Source: Clostridia bacterium (GTDB taxonomy: Bacteria > Bacillota > Clostridia > RGIG6154). Taken from it: a stretch of 64,000 nt of DNA. Position 1 is the first letter of the stretch. Each line of letters opens with the position of its first letter. A model generated the notes under the pieces. That model ran no database searches, was not told the origin of the DNA, and worked only from the letters and a program-made list of their open reading frames with translations. The translations under genes and the position numbers were made by a program. Below, in pieces: positions 41,562 through 51,118 of the stretch. Where the stretch lies: assembly GCA_045589295.1 (NCBI GenBank), contig JAZNOU010000012.1, forward strand, positions 128,001 to 192,000, read 5' to 3'.

Positions 41562-42242
41562 ATGGAAAGAACAAAGCTTAAAGACAGAATTCTTCCCCCA
41601 TATACAAAAGGCGAAGAAATTATGAATATGGTAACGCATATCGTAGGCGGTGCAATAGGTATTGTTGCGCTTGTTTTGTGCGTGATAAAAGCGGCACTTA
41701 ATTCAAACGTTTATGGAGTTGTGAGTGGAGCTATTTTTGGTGCTACTATGATTATACTTTATACAATGTCAAGTGTGTATCATGGACTTAATCCAAACCT
41801 TACTGCAAAAAAAGTTTTTCAGATTATTGATCATTGCTCAATCTTCATTCTCATTGCGGGAACATATACGCCTATCGTTCTTTGCACAATAAGGAGTATT
41901 TCGCCTGTGATTGGCTGGGCATATTTTGGGTTTGTGTGGGCTGTGGCGGCATTTGGTATTGTATTAAATTCAATAGATCTTAAAAAATATGATAATTTTT
42001 CACTTATATGCTATTTGCTACTTGGCTGGTGCATTATTTTTAACATAAAAACAGTGGCGGCAGGTGTTGGTTTTGGCGGAATGATGTTTTTGGTAAGCGG
42101 AGGAATAGCCTATACGATTGGTGCAATATTTTATGCAATGGGCAAAAAAAGGAACACAAAGTATATCCATAGTGTGTTCCATATCTTTGTGGATTTGGGA
42201 AGTTTATTTCACTTTTTCTGCATACTTTTCTATGTAATGTAA
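41562..42242 (+). CDS. Hemolysin III / PAQR family membrane protein
   Basis: EEIMNMVTH, SSVYH, DHCSIFILIAGTYTP, HSVFHIFV. Confidence 0.92.
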   Translation: MERTKLKDRILPPYTKGEEIMNMVTHIVGGAIGIVALVLCVIKAALNSNVYGVVSGAIFGATMIILYTMSSVYHGLNPNLTAKKVFQIIDHCSIFILIAGTYTPIVLCTIRSISPVIGWAYFGFVWAVAAFGIVLNSIDLKKYDNFSLICYLLLGWCIIFNIKTVAAGVGFGGMMFLVSGGIAYTIGAIFYAMGKKRNTKYIHSVFHIFVDLGSLFHFFCILFYVM

Positions 42243-42249
42243 AAAGCAG

Positions 42250-42765
42250 TCAGTTGACTGCTTTTTTTCTTATCAGACTCATTATTGCTAGAGTTATTAA
42301 AATTCCTGAAATACTACCAAAAGAGTCAATTAAAATGTCGGTAAACTGACAACTTCTTCCTGGCACAAATGTCTGGTGGAGTTCATCAGTTATTGCATAA
42401 AAAACACAAAATGTGAGAGAAATAATTACATTTTTTTGAAGGTAGTGGTTGCCTTTTTTAATAAAGCTTAGTGAATTGGATATAAAGATTGAAACTCCCA
42501 GTAACAAAAAAAGAAAAAAGTGTGCGGTTTTTCTTACATAATTATTTATCTTTTTGACAAGCTCATTTTTTTCTTTTTTAGAAATATTTTTGTTTTTGGT
42601 GACTGCAGTTACGATTTTTTTGGTTACTGATTTGCTTACTAAGTTTGATTTTGTGGCGGGTTGTGATGAAAAATAAAAGATAGACGCCATAATAATCAGT
42701 GTGAAAAAGTATGCAATTATTTTTTTGATAATCAGATGCGGATTTGTTCCTGAAATCATAGTCAC
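42250..42765 (-). CDS. VanZ family membrane protein
   Basis: IFYFSSQ, VRKTAHF, DELHQTFVPGR...DILID. Confidence 0.88.
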   Translation of the reverse strand: MTMISGTNPHLIIKKIIAYFFTLIIMASIFYFSSQPATKSNLVSKSVTKKIVTAVTKNKNISKKEKNELVKKINNYVRKTAHFFLFLLLGVSIFISNSLSFIKKGNHYLQKNVIISLTFCVFYAITDELHQTFVPGRSCQFTDILIDSFGSISGILITLAIMSLIRKKAVN

Positions 42766-43211
42766 TCCTCGTCAAACCTTGGTTCAACAAATAAGAACAT
42801 AAGCTGACCGATTTTTATAAGATCTCCCGTTTTTATGGCACAAGGCTCCAACCCTATGCGCTCGCCGTTTACGAATGTGCCGTTTGTTGTGTCATTATCA
42901 ACAATTGTCCACATGTCGTGCGATTTTAAAAACTGTGCATGCACAGTTGACATAAAAGGGTCTGAAATTATAATATCGTTTTTTCCACCTCTGCCTATTG
43001 TGAACTTGTGCTTGATATTATAACTTTCCTCAACTCTGAAAGGAACGGATTTTATTTTGTTTATCAGTTTGATGTATGGTGTGTCATCTAAAACGGTCCC
43101 CATACGTGAGTGCTTGATATCAAGGTAAATCAGTCTTATAATGCTGAACATAAAAAAGTAAATAGCTGTTACAAACAGGTATTTTAAAAGACCTGAAACA
43201 AGCTCAAACAT
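42762..43211 (-). CDS. Membrane-anchored FHA domain protein
   Basis: IGRG..NDI, MSTVHA, TNGTFVNG; N-terminal TM helix. Confidence 0.88.
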   Translation of the reverse strand: MFELVSGLLKYLFVTAIYFFMFSIIRLIYLDIKHSRMGTVLDDTPYIKLINKIKSVPFRVEESYNIKHKFTIGRGGKNDIIISDPFMSTVHAQFLKSHDMWTIVDNDTTNGTFVNGERIGLEPCAIKTGDLIKIGQLMFLFVEPRFDEE

Positions 43212-43351
43212 AAAAAATCCCTCACTTTCTTTTTAATTAGTATAATATAAGTATTGAAAAAATGCAAATTTTTTATTATAATATATAATAGTGTAAATTT
43301 TAACTTTAATATTTACATAATTTGCCGGACATATTAAAGTCAGGAGGGAAT

Positions 43352-44803
43352 ATGGTGCGAAAAAATATTTCAAATCAGGAAGATCCTAATTTAAACAGCT
43401 CGGGGCAGACAACAGAGGTAGCGCAGGAAACAAAAGTAAAAAAAGCTCCGACAAAATTTCAAAAAGCAATTGAATATATCAAGGATAATTCTACAGTGGC
43501 AAAAAGCACAGTGATAGGGTTCTTTGTTTTTGCTGTCATATTGGCAATCGTTTCAAATATTCAGGTGGGTTATGCAGTTGTTTTTAATGATAAGACAATA
43601 GGTTATGTTGCGCACAAAGACACTGCACTTGAAAAAATTGATTTTATTTGCAAAGAAATTACCGACAATATAGCAGACACCGAAACAAATGTTACTGCTT
43701 CTTTGGTGCCTTCTGTTGCACCAGCCTTTAAATTTATAGCAGAGGACGAAATAGAACAGGCTATCAAAGAGGAGATTTCGTATTATGTTAATGCAGCGGC
43801 TGTTTATATAGATGGAGAGTTTGCGTTTGCAGCAAAAGATGCAACTGAGGCAGAAACGTTTATTAAAAAATATCAGGAAATGGTTTGCGGTGACGGAACT
43901 ATTATTTCTTCTCAAAGCGAAAACAAAGTAACATATAAAGATGAAAAGGTTATTCTTACAGAAGTGCTGGACGAGCAGGCGGCAATGTCAAGACTTGCGG
44001 GAACTGACTCAAAAGATGGACTTTATACTGTTGAAGAAGGAGATACACTGTGGAATATTGGTATTGATAACGATATTGCAACAGACTATCTTATGGTGCT
44101 TAACAACTTAGATAGTGAGGTTCTTCAGATAGGAACTGTTTTGAGGGTAAAATATCCAGAACCTATAATTGATGTTAAGGTAGTAAAAGATATTACCTAT
44201 ACCGAAATTCATCCCTACGAAACTGAGAAAAGATATGACAAAAATCTCAACGTCGGAACATATCGAACATATCAAAAGGGCTCTAACGGCGAAACAAGGG
44301 TAAGAGCAATTGTAACTTATGTTAACGGCAATGAAATTGAACGTGAAATTACAGAAAAAACTGTTTTAAGTGAGCCTGTTACAGAAATTCTTTTGGTAGG
44401 AACAAAGCCAAAGCCAAAAACTGCGGCGACAGGAAAGTTTGCAAGACCTATTTCGGGTGGATATGTGTCGTCCTCATTTGGCAACAGAAGCCGTGGATAT
44501 CATACAGGCGTTGACTGGGCAGTTTCATATGGAACACCTATTTATGCATCAGACGGCGGAACAGTTACAGCCGCCGGATGGGGTGGTGGTTACGGCAAAA
44601 TGGTTAAAATTAATCATGGTAATGGGTATGAAACTTTGTATGCCCATTGCTCAAAGCTTGTCGTATCAAGTGGAAAGAAAGTTGCAAAGGGGCAGCTTAT
44701 TGGTTATGTAGGTAGTACAGGAAACAGCACAGGACCTCATTTGCATTTTGAAATAAGAAGAAATGGTTCATACCTCAATCCTACTAAATATTGTGGTGAA
44801 TAA
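43352..44803 (+). CDS. LysM-G5-M23 peptidoglycan endopeptidase
   Basis: TM helix, LysM YTVEEGDTLW, G5-like segment, HTGVD, YAHCS, STGPHLHFE; ATG at 43352 after AGGAGG. Confidence 0.9.
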   Translation: MVRKNISNQEDPNLNSSGQTTEVAQETKVKKAPTKFQKAIEYIKDNSTVAKSTVIGFFVFAVILAIVSNIQVGYAVVFNDKTIGYVAHKDTALEKIDFICKEITDNIADTETNVTASLVPSVAPAFKFIAEDEIEQAIKEEISYYVNAAAVYIDGEFAFAAKDATEAETFIKKYQEMVCGDGTIISSQSENKVTYKDEKVILTEVLDEQAAMSRLAGTDSKDGLYTVEEGDTLWNIGIDNDIATDYLMVLNNLDSEVLQIGTVLRVKYPEPIIDVKVVKDITYTEIHPYETEKRYDKNLNVGTYRTYQKGSNGETRVRAIVTYVNGNEIEREITEKTVLSEPVTEILLVGTKPKPKTAATGKFARPISGGYVSSSFGNRSRGYHTGVDWAVSYGTPIYASDGGTVTAAGWGGGYGKMVKINHGNGYETLYAHCSKLVVSSGKKVAKGQLIGYVGSTGNSTGPHLHFEIRRNGSYLNPTKYCGE

Positions 44804-44809
44804 AACTTT

Positions 44810-44842
44810 AAGCAATCTCTCTTGTATGGGGGGATTGCTTGT
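44810..44842 (+). terminator. Terminator-like hairpin after the M23 gene
   Basis: aagcaatctctc ... gggggattgctt. Confidence 0.6.
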
Positions 44843-44875
44843 AGGTTTTTGTCGCAAAATTTTTAGAAAAAACAC

Positions 44876-44904
44876 TTGATTTTGGTAAGTAGGTGTGCTA
44901 TAAT
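44876..44904 (+). promoter_or_regulatory. Sigma-A promoter heading the RRE/S-layer operon
   Basis: TTGATT-17 nt-TATAAT with TG extension. Confidence 0.8.
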
Positions 44905-44967
44905 TATCTTACGTAGGTATAACTGTGGATTTTTTTGTGTACCAATCAATTTTTGGAAGGTGAACAG

Positions 44968-45231
44968 ATGCGACTAAAAGATGGCTTTTTATTAAGAAAT
45001 GTTGCCGGTGAATATGTTGTTGTCCCAACAGGGAACAGCATGGTTGACTTTAAGGCTATGATATCTCTTAATGAAACAGGCGCGTTTTTATGGGAGCAGC
45101 TTTTAGCAGACAAATCAGAGCAGCAACTTTTAGATGCGCTTTTGAGTGAGTATGACGTTGATGAAAAAACCGCATCTGAAGATATTAAAGAGTTTGTAGA
45201 GTTGCTTAAAGAAAAGAACCTGTTGGTATGA
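44968..45231 (+). CDS. PqqD-family RiPP recognition element (stand-alone RRE)
   Basis: FLLRNVAGEYVVVP, LNETGAFLWEQL, EYDVD...A..DI.EF...L; ATG at 44968 after GGAAGGTG. Confidence 0.9.
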   Translation: MRLKDGFLLRNVAGEYVVVPTGNSMVDFKAMISLNETGAFLWEQLLADKSEQQLLDALLSEYDVDEKTASEDIKEFVELLKEKNLLV

Positions 45232-45680
45232 ATATGAAAAAAGTCTTAAGTACAAAAGAGATTATGCCTCTTGTGGGAGACATCTTAAAAACGGCGGAGC
45301 GAGTTAGGTTTACCGTTAAGGGAAACAGTATGTATCCGCTTTTAAGGTCGGACCGCGACGAGGTAGAGGTTATAAAGTGCGATAGTATAGGCAAGTATGA
45401 TATTGTTCTTTACAAAAGAAACAATGGTGACTATATTCTTCACAGGGTGCTCAAAGAAAATGACAACGCACTTTCAATAGCAGGCGATTTTGAACAGGAA
45501 CTTGAAAGCCCTGTGTATAAAGATCAGGTTATTGCAAAAGTTGTCAATATAATAAGAGACGGTAAAAAAGTTATCTCTTGTAACAACGGCATCTATAAAA
45601 CGTATTGTGTTTTGTGGGCGGCGGTATTTAAAAACAGACGAAGGATACTTAAAATACTTAAGAAACTGAGGAAATGGTGA
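45228..45680 (+). CDS. S24/S26 family peptidase (Ser-His type)
   Basis: VKGNSMYPLL (catalytic Ser), ILHRV, AGD; overlaps the RRE stop. Confidence 0.85.
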   Translation: MNMKKVLSTKEIMPLVGDILKTAERVRFTVKGNSMYPLLRSDRDEVEVIKCDSIGKYDIVLYKRNNGDYILHRVLKENDNALSIAGDFEQELESPVYKDQVIAKVVNIIRDGKKVISCNNGIYKTYCVLWAAVFKNRRRILKILKKLRKW

Positions 45681-47350
45681 AATTGAAAAATAAAGATATC
45701 GCTAAACAATGGTTTTTTAAGAATATCAGACAGGTTTTTGGCGGAGTTTTTGCTCTTACTTTTGTTTCTGTCCTGATTAATGTGTCAGGTGTCGGATTTG
45801 CGATTTCTTCAAAACGTGTTTTGGATGTAGCATCTAATTCAACTGAAGGGAACTTATTAACAGAAGCTTTAGTTTTGTTTTCTTTGGTTGTGATTCAGCT
45901 TATTTTGCAAATTATCCTCTCTAAGTGCTATGTTAAAACGCAGGCACAAACGAGAATTAAAATAAAAACCGACTTGTTTGAAAGCATAGTGAAAAAAGAT
46001 TTAACTGAGGTGAATTTTTATCACTCGGGTGAGTTGGTTAACAGGCTCACAAGCGACGTTAACGTTGTGTCAAACGCGGTGGTGGATATTTTACCAACTG
46101 CGATAGCACTTAGCATTGGGGTTTGTTTAAGCTTTGGGGTATTGTTCAGTTTGGACCCTGTTTATGCAGTTATTTATCTGATAGTTGCACCCCTTGCACT
46201 TTTAACTGCAAGATTTTTTAGAAAAAGGCTTAAAGTGTTACATAAAGAGTCGGTTTCAACCGACGGGATTGTTAAATCGTTTATGCAGGAATGTTTCAGA
46301 AATCTGCTCGTGGTCAAGGCTTTTGAAAAAGAAGATCACGTAACCGAAAAGTGTAATGCTTATCAACTTGCTAACTACAAGGTTTTGATAAAGAAAAACG
46401 ATATCAGCATTTTAGCGAACGTAATGTTCTTTTTGTCCATTACTGCAGGCTATTATTTAACTCTTATTTGGGGGGCATACAAGCTTTCGATAGGAATTTT
46501 AACAATCGGTGAAATTGTTGCAATGCTTGAACTTGTTTCACAAATTCAGTCCCCGCTAAAGTCATTATCATCACTTCTTCCGCAGTATTATTCGGCGGTA
46601 GCTTCATCTGAAAGAATTTTGGAGCTTGAAGATTTGCCTGATGAAAAACAACTAAATGCAAGCAGTGAAAAAGTTGATGACTTTTCAAAGCTTGTCATTG
46701 ACAATATGTCTTTTTCGTATGATGAAAGTTTAATTTTTGATAAAGCTTCCTGCGAAATTGAAAAAGGCGACATCGTCGGAATTTACGGCGAGTCGGGAAT
46801 TGGAAAAAGCACACTTATAAAACTTATTTTAGGAGTGCTTAAGCCCAATAAGGGCGAGATTTACATAGTTGACCCGAGCGGTCAAAAGATTTTGGTTGAT
46901 ACAGAAACTAAAAACCTGTTTTCTTATGTGCCTCAAGGTAACCTGATATTATCTGGCACAATAGCAGAAAACGTGGTTTTCGGTTCTGACAACATAGATA
47001 TAAAGCTGGTTGAACGTTGCATCAAAGTGTCGCAGCTTGATGAAATGGTCAGTCAGTTGCCACTAAAACTTGATACAGGTTTGGGTGAAGGCGGCCTAGG
47101 TCTTTCTGAAGGACAGGTACAGCGATTATCTATCGCAAGGGCATTGTATCGGAATTCTGAAATACTGTTGCTTGATGAAGCAACGTCGGCTCTTGACCGA
47201 GAAACCGAAATCAGGGTGTTGGAGGAAATGAAGAGTTTGAATAAGACTTGTCTTTTCATAACTCACCGCAAAGAAGCACTTTTAAGTTGCAGCAAGCTTT
47301 TAAGTGTGAAAAACGGAAAGATTTCCATCGACAGGCAGGAAATTTTATAA
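45674..47350 (+). CDS. ABC exporter (fused TMD-NBD, no peptidase domain)
   Basis: About 6 TM helices, HSGELVNRLTSD, GESGIGKST, LSEGQVQR, LLLDEATSALD. Confidence 0.92.
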   Translation: MVKLKNKDIAKQWFFKNIRQVFGGVFALTFVSVLINVSGVGFAISSKRVLDVASNSTEGNLLTEALVLFSLVVIQLILQIILSKCYVKTQAQTRIKIKTDLFESIVKKDLTEVNFYHSGELVNRLTSDVNVVSNAVVDILPTAIALSIGVCLSFGVLFSLDPVYAVIYLIVAPLALLTARFFRKRLKVLHKESVSTDGIVKSFMQECFRNLLVVKAFEKEDHVTEKCNAYQLANYKVLIKKNDISILANVMFFLSITAGYYLTLIWGAYKLSIGILTIGEIVAMLELVSQIQSPLKSLSSLLPQYYSAVASSERILELEDLPDEKQLNASSEKVDDFSKLVIDNMSFSYDESLIFDKASCEIEKGDIVGIYGESGIGKSTLIKLILGVLKPNKGEIYIVDPSGQKILVDTETKNLFSYVPQGNLILSGTIAENVVFGSDNIDIKLVERCIKVSQLDEMVSQLPLKLDTGLGEGGLGLSEGQVQRLSIARALYRNSEILLLDEATSALDRETEIRVLEEMKSLNKTCLFITHRKEALLSCSKLLSVKNGKISIDRQEIL

Positions 47351-47372
47351 AGTTTGTTTGGGAGGAATAAAG

Positions 47373-48329
47373 ATGAAATGTAAGAGAATTATCAAAGTAG
47401 TAAGTGCGCTTGCATTAACTGTAGCTTTGTTAGTATCTGCTAGTGTTGTTTCATTTGCTGCAACATATACAACACAGACAACATACATTAATGAAGATAC
47501 TATTGAAGTTATTTCAAGAGCTACAGGCTTAAACGATGGCGAAATGGCTACTTATGTTGCTTACAGAAACGGCGAGTTCTCAGAAACTAATGCAGTTTAC
47601 ATCGACCAGGCAACAGAGCAGGACAATGCAGTTGAATTTAGATATCAGGCAGATTCTGATGATGTAAAAGCAACAGTATTGTTCGGCGGTGAAAGCGCAC
47701 CGAATACATTGGAGCCGGATAAAGTTGGTCATAAAATTACAGTATATGTTAACGAAGTGGCTCAAGGCGACCAAGTTGCTGCTTATGCTGTAGCTGACTA
47801 TGACGGCGAATATCTCGCAAGAGAATTTTCGGTAAACATTGAAAACGGAAAAGCTATTAAAAAAGTTGAATTCGCAGCTGATGGAGCTGAAAAAACAACT
47901 GTAGAAGCTTGGTATGTTAAAAATGGCGCGTTGGTTGTATTAAGCCGTGTTATTGAATCAGATGGTTCATTGTACATTACAGCAGAGGATGCAACCATTT
48001 CTGTTAAACTTGGTGCTGTTACTGGTACTGAAAACACAATTACTGCATTTGCCAAAGCAGTTTGCACAGATGATGCAGACTACGGAATCTTAATTGCGGA
48101 CTCAGAAGTTGAAATCGAAGCTGCTGGTCGTATTGACTGGAAAGATGCTGAAGACTACACAACTCCGGTTTATTTCAATGCTTTAGGCAAAGGTAACAAT
48201 GGTGTATTTGCAGTAGAAGTAACTGATGAAGACTGCTTTGTTGCAGGTAAAAGCTTTAATGTAAAAGCTTATGCTGATTCTGGAGAGACAGAAGTGTATT
48301 CAATTGATACTGTAACTGTAAGATTATAA
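47373..48329 (+). CDS. Secreted acidic beta-rich protein of unknown function
   Basis: ATG at 47373 after GGAGGA; Sec signal peptide ending SFA-A; VYIDQ motif; Ig-like beta pattern. Confidence 0.75.
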   Translation: MKCKRIIKVVSALALTVALLVSASVVSFAATYTTQTTYINEDTIEVISRATGLNDGEMATYVAYRNGEFSETNAVYIDQATEQDNAVEFRYQADSDDVKATVLFGGESAPNTLEPDKVGHKITVYVNEVAQGDQVAAYAVADYDGEYLAREFSVNIENGKAIKKVEFAADGAEKTTVEAWYVKNGALVVLSRVIESDGSLYITAEDATISVKLGAVTGTENTITAFAKAVCTDDADYGILIADSEVEIEAAGRIDWKDAEDYTTPVYFNALGKGNNGVFAVEVTDEDCFVAGKSFNVKAYADSGETEVYSIDTVTVRL

Positions 48330-48376
48330 GAGCGACTGTATCATTTAACGATACAAATTCAGGAGGAGAATTTACT

Positions 48377-48538
48377 ATGAAAAATTATCAAAAACCTGTT
48401 TTAGAGGTTGTTGAATTAGCAGTTGCTGAAAATATCGCTGCATTAGTGCCGAAAACTATCTATAAAAGATCAGTTGGCAAGAAGATGGCTCAGGACACCA
48501 GAATAATGCTTGTAGAAGATTTAAGTAATCTTAGCTAA
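48377..48538 (+). CDS. Putative RiPP precursor, 53 aa (not in ORF track): MKNYQKPVLEVVELAVAENIAALVPKTIYKRSVGKKMAQDTRIMLVEDLSNLS
   Basis: Manual translation; AGGAGGAG RBS; YQKPVL RRE-binding motif; C-terminal Ser; directly upstream of the kinase-like gene. Confidence 0.85.
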   Translation: MKNYQKPVLEVVELAVAENIAALVPKTIYKRSVGKKMAQDTRIMLVEDLSNLS

Positions 48539-48587
48539 TTTTAGCACTGCAAATTAAATAAAAATTTGAGAGGATGTTTACTTTAAT

Positions 48588-49463
48588 ATGCAATATACTG
48601 TCGCAGGTTTTAATATTGATGTTGTCAGTGAACATCCTTCTTATCTTTTTATGAGACTCAAAGACTATGAAAGCACTTTTTCGGGGGAAGCAGACTTTAC
48701 AGTCAGGTGTAAAGAAGAAAAAAATATCGCTCTCCCCGATGATATTGTGCTTATAGGTCAAAGAGTCGGAAGATGGATATGGTTTGAAAAAAAAGATGGT
48801 ACGCTCGGTGCGTACATAAAATATGACGATGTCGAAAACATTGCGGCATTGGCATTGTGGGATAAAGCTTTTAAAAATATTGAATTATCTGTTTATGATA
48901 TTGAGCCATACGGCAATTTGCCAATAGCTCAAAGAATTTTTTATTTACTGGGAGATGTTATTGCATACTCGGTATTAAACTGCGGTGCAGGAGTTTTCCA
49001 TTCTTCTGCGATAAGTTATAAAGGAAACGGGATTTTATTTTCCGCACCATCGGGAACAGGAAAATCCACACATACATCTTTATGGAAAGATGTTTTTGGT
49101 GATAATGTTGTTATATTTAATGACGATACACCAATACTTAAGATAGAAAATGACGTTTGTTTTGCCTACGGCTCACCTTGGAGCGGCAAAACTGCGATTA
49201 ATGAAAATATAAAGGTTCCGCTTAAGGCGATTGTATGCCTTGACAGAGCGCAGACCAATTCAATAAAAAGACTTACGGGGATTAGTGCTTTTTACAGAAT
49301 TTTCAATGAAATGAGAAAGCCTCCGGTTGAGAGTCTTATGGACAAGAGTCTTACGGTTATGGATAGTATTTTGCAGAAAGTTCCGGTTTACGAGCTTTTT
49401 TGCAATAAAAATAAAGATGCAGTAATGACAGTTTTTGACGCTGTCGGTTTTGACAAATTATAA
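48588..49463 (+). CDS. HPr-kinase-like P-loop protein (peptide kinase candidate)
   Basis: FHSSAI, APSGTGKST Walker A, NDD acidic pair, GSPWSGK. Confidence 0.8.
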   Translation: MQYTVAGFNIDVVSEHPSYLFMRLKDYESTFSGEADFTVRCKEEKNIALPDDIVLIGQRVGRWIWFEKKDGTLGAYIKYDDVENIAALALWDKAFKNIELSVYDIEPYGNLPIAQRIFYLLGDVIAYSVLNCGAGVFHSSAISYKGNGILFSAPSGTGKSTHTSLWKDVFGDNVVIFNDDTPILKIENDVCFAYGSPWSGKTAINENIKVPLKAIVCLDRAQTNSIKRLTGISAFYRIFNEMRKPPVESLMDKSLTVMDSILQKVPVYELFCNKNKDAVMTVFDAVGFDKL

Positions 49464-49477
49464 GAGAGGTAAAAAGG

Positions 49478-51088
49478 ATGAATAAAAAAATATTTTTTGG
49501 TACACTTTTGTGTATGGTTTTATGTTTAAGCATTGCGACATGCGCATTTGCCGCAACATTTTCTGATTTATCAAAAAGCCACTGGGCGTACGATAATATT
49601 GTCGAATTAAGTTCACAGGGGGTTATAAACGGATACTCTGACGGTACATTTCGCCCCGAAGCATATGTTACGAGAGCTGAATTTGTTAAGCTTATAGGTA
49701 CAATCGATACAATCAAAAATGGTGACTTTGACGACCTACCTAAAACTCACTGGGCATATGAATACGTTATGAAATCAGGGGTTGATGTTGACAGAAAGAA
49801 CTTTCGCCCTGATGAAAATATCACAAGAGCAGAAGTTTTAGATATATTGTGGAACAGATATGGAACTGAAACAGATGCAAAAGTTCCCGGAATTATAGAA
49901 AATCAGCACAAAAATGTTCCGGCTGTTACCTGGGGATATTCTTACGGACTTATGATAGGCGATGACGGAATAAATTTAAGACTTAGTGATGATTTGTCAA
50001 GAGCAGAAGCGGTTACACTTATTTTGCGCTCCAGAAAGATTGATACATCAAAGCAAAAGTTGCTTGCAGACAATGTAAACAGCAAGATTTTGGAAAATAT
50101 TTTTAATGATACAATGCTTTTTGATAAACCTTACAGTGAAAATGAAACAGTTACAGTTGGCGAAATTTCACACGCAGCTTTAAGACTTGCATATCAAACA
50201 AAGCAAATTCCATATAACAAGGATTTGTATATCGGCGATCCACAATTTGATGGTGATTATGCACTTGATATTGCTCACATGGCAAAACAAGTATTTGGTG
50301 AAGCTTCAAACAACAAAGAGTTTGCAGAAGGCAAGGCAAATCAACAGCAGGTTTTGGCAGCACTTATGTATGGTTATATGTTTAAAGCAAACGACTCGCC
50401 TGTAATCGGCAGAATGGATGATTACTACAAAGATGCAGTTGTTGCAAAAGGTCTTACAATGCAAAATATGTTACTTACATACACTAACAGACGCGGCATT
50501 TTTGCAAGCGCTGACGGACTTTTGCATAATGACAAAGCTGTAACACATAAAGAAATTGCATCAATTCTTTTGCAACTTGATAACTTTACAGGTTCACAAA
50601 TAAGCTATTCAAACGGCAAAGAATCGGATGAAAAATTAAGCACAGATGCTTATATTTACGAAAATGCAGATGATGGATTTGGAATTTTATTAAAAGGCAT
50701 TCCAAACGTAGTTTACGAGACACCAATGAAAGCTCCTGCTAAAGAGTTTACAGTTTTTGCAAGAGATTTCTTTGAAATATTTACTACTCTTTCAGATGGC
50801 ATTAAGGCAAAAGCCAAAAGCGAGGGCGCTGAAATTGTTTTAAGAGTTTATCCAACACTTATTGCAAATGCAGGCAATGAAGTTATTATGAGAACAAAGA
50901 TATATGTAGCTTCAAATCCAAAAGGCTTAAATCTTGGTGAAATTATCGGTAAGTGCGATATGAATACAGATATTAAAGCCTTGGAAGGTAAAACGTATTT
51001 TGTTGATATTTCAACCAATCATCCATTGGATGACATGTACATCAATCCTGAAAATGTAAGCTTAAAACAGCTTATATGGAATGATTAA
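49478..51088 (+). CDS. SLH-domain surface protein
   Basis: Signal peptide (AFA-A), FSDL...HWA, GYSDGTFRP, TRAE/TRAE/SRAE. Confidence 0.88.
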   Translation: MNKKIFFGTLLCMVLCLSIATCAFAATFSDLSKSHWAYDNIVELSSQGVINGYSDGTFRPEAYVTRAEFVKLIGTIDTIKNGDFDDLPKTHWAYEYVMKSGVDVDRKNFRPDENITRAEVLDILWNRYGTETDAKVPGIIENQHKNVPAVTWGYSYGLMIGDDGINLRLSDDLSRAEAVTLILRSRKIDTSKQKLLADNVNSKILENIFNDTMLFDKPYSENETVTVGEISHAALRLAYQTKQIPYNKDLYIGDPQFDGDYALDIAHMAKQVFGEASNNKEFAEGKANQQQVLAALMYGYMFKANDSPVIGRMDDYYKDAVVAKGLTMQNMLLTYTNRRGIFASADGLLHNDKAVTHKEIASILLQLDNFTGSQISYSNGKESDEKLSTDAYIYENADDGFGILLKGIPNVVYETPMKAPAKEFTVFARDFFEIFTTLSDGIKAKAKSEGAEIVLRVYPTLIANAGNEVIMRTKIYVASNPKGLNLGEIIGKCDMNTDIKALEGKTYFVDISTNHPLDDMYINPENVSLKQLIWND

Positions 51089-51118
51089 TCTGGTTTAATT
51101 TACATGGAGGAAAAATAA

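Noticed and set aside
41562-42765. Virulence or resistance island (hemolysin III, VanZ)
   Set aside because: Both are widespread membrane protein families; no van cluster or mobility genes are present
44968-49463. Canonical lasso peptide or PQQ biosynthesis cluster
   Set aside because: No lasso cyclase, no transglutaminase-like B2, no radical SAM or PqqB/C/E in the locus; the peptide lacks the Thr(-2)-Gly1 junction and the ExxxY PQQ motif
48588-49463. Housekeeping HPr kinase (hprK)
   Set aside because: Only the P-loop core motifs are shared; the N-terminus and context differ, and there is no lgt neighbour
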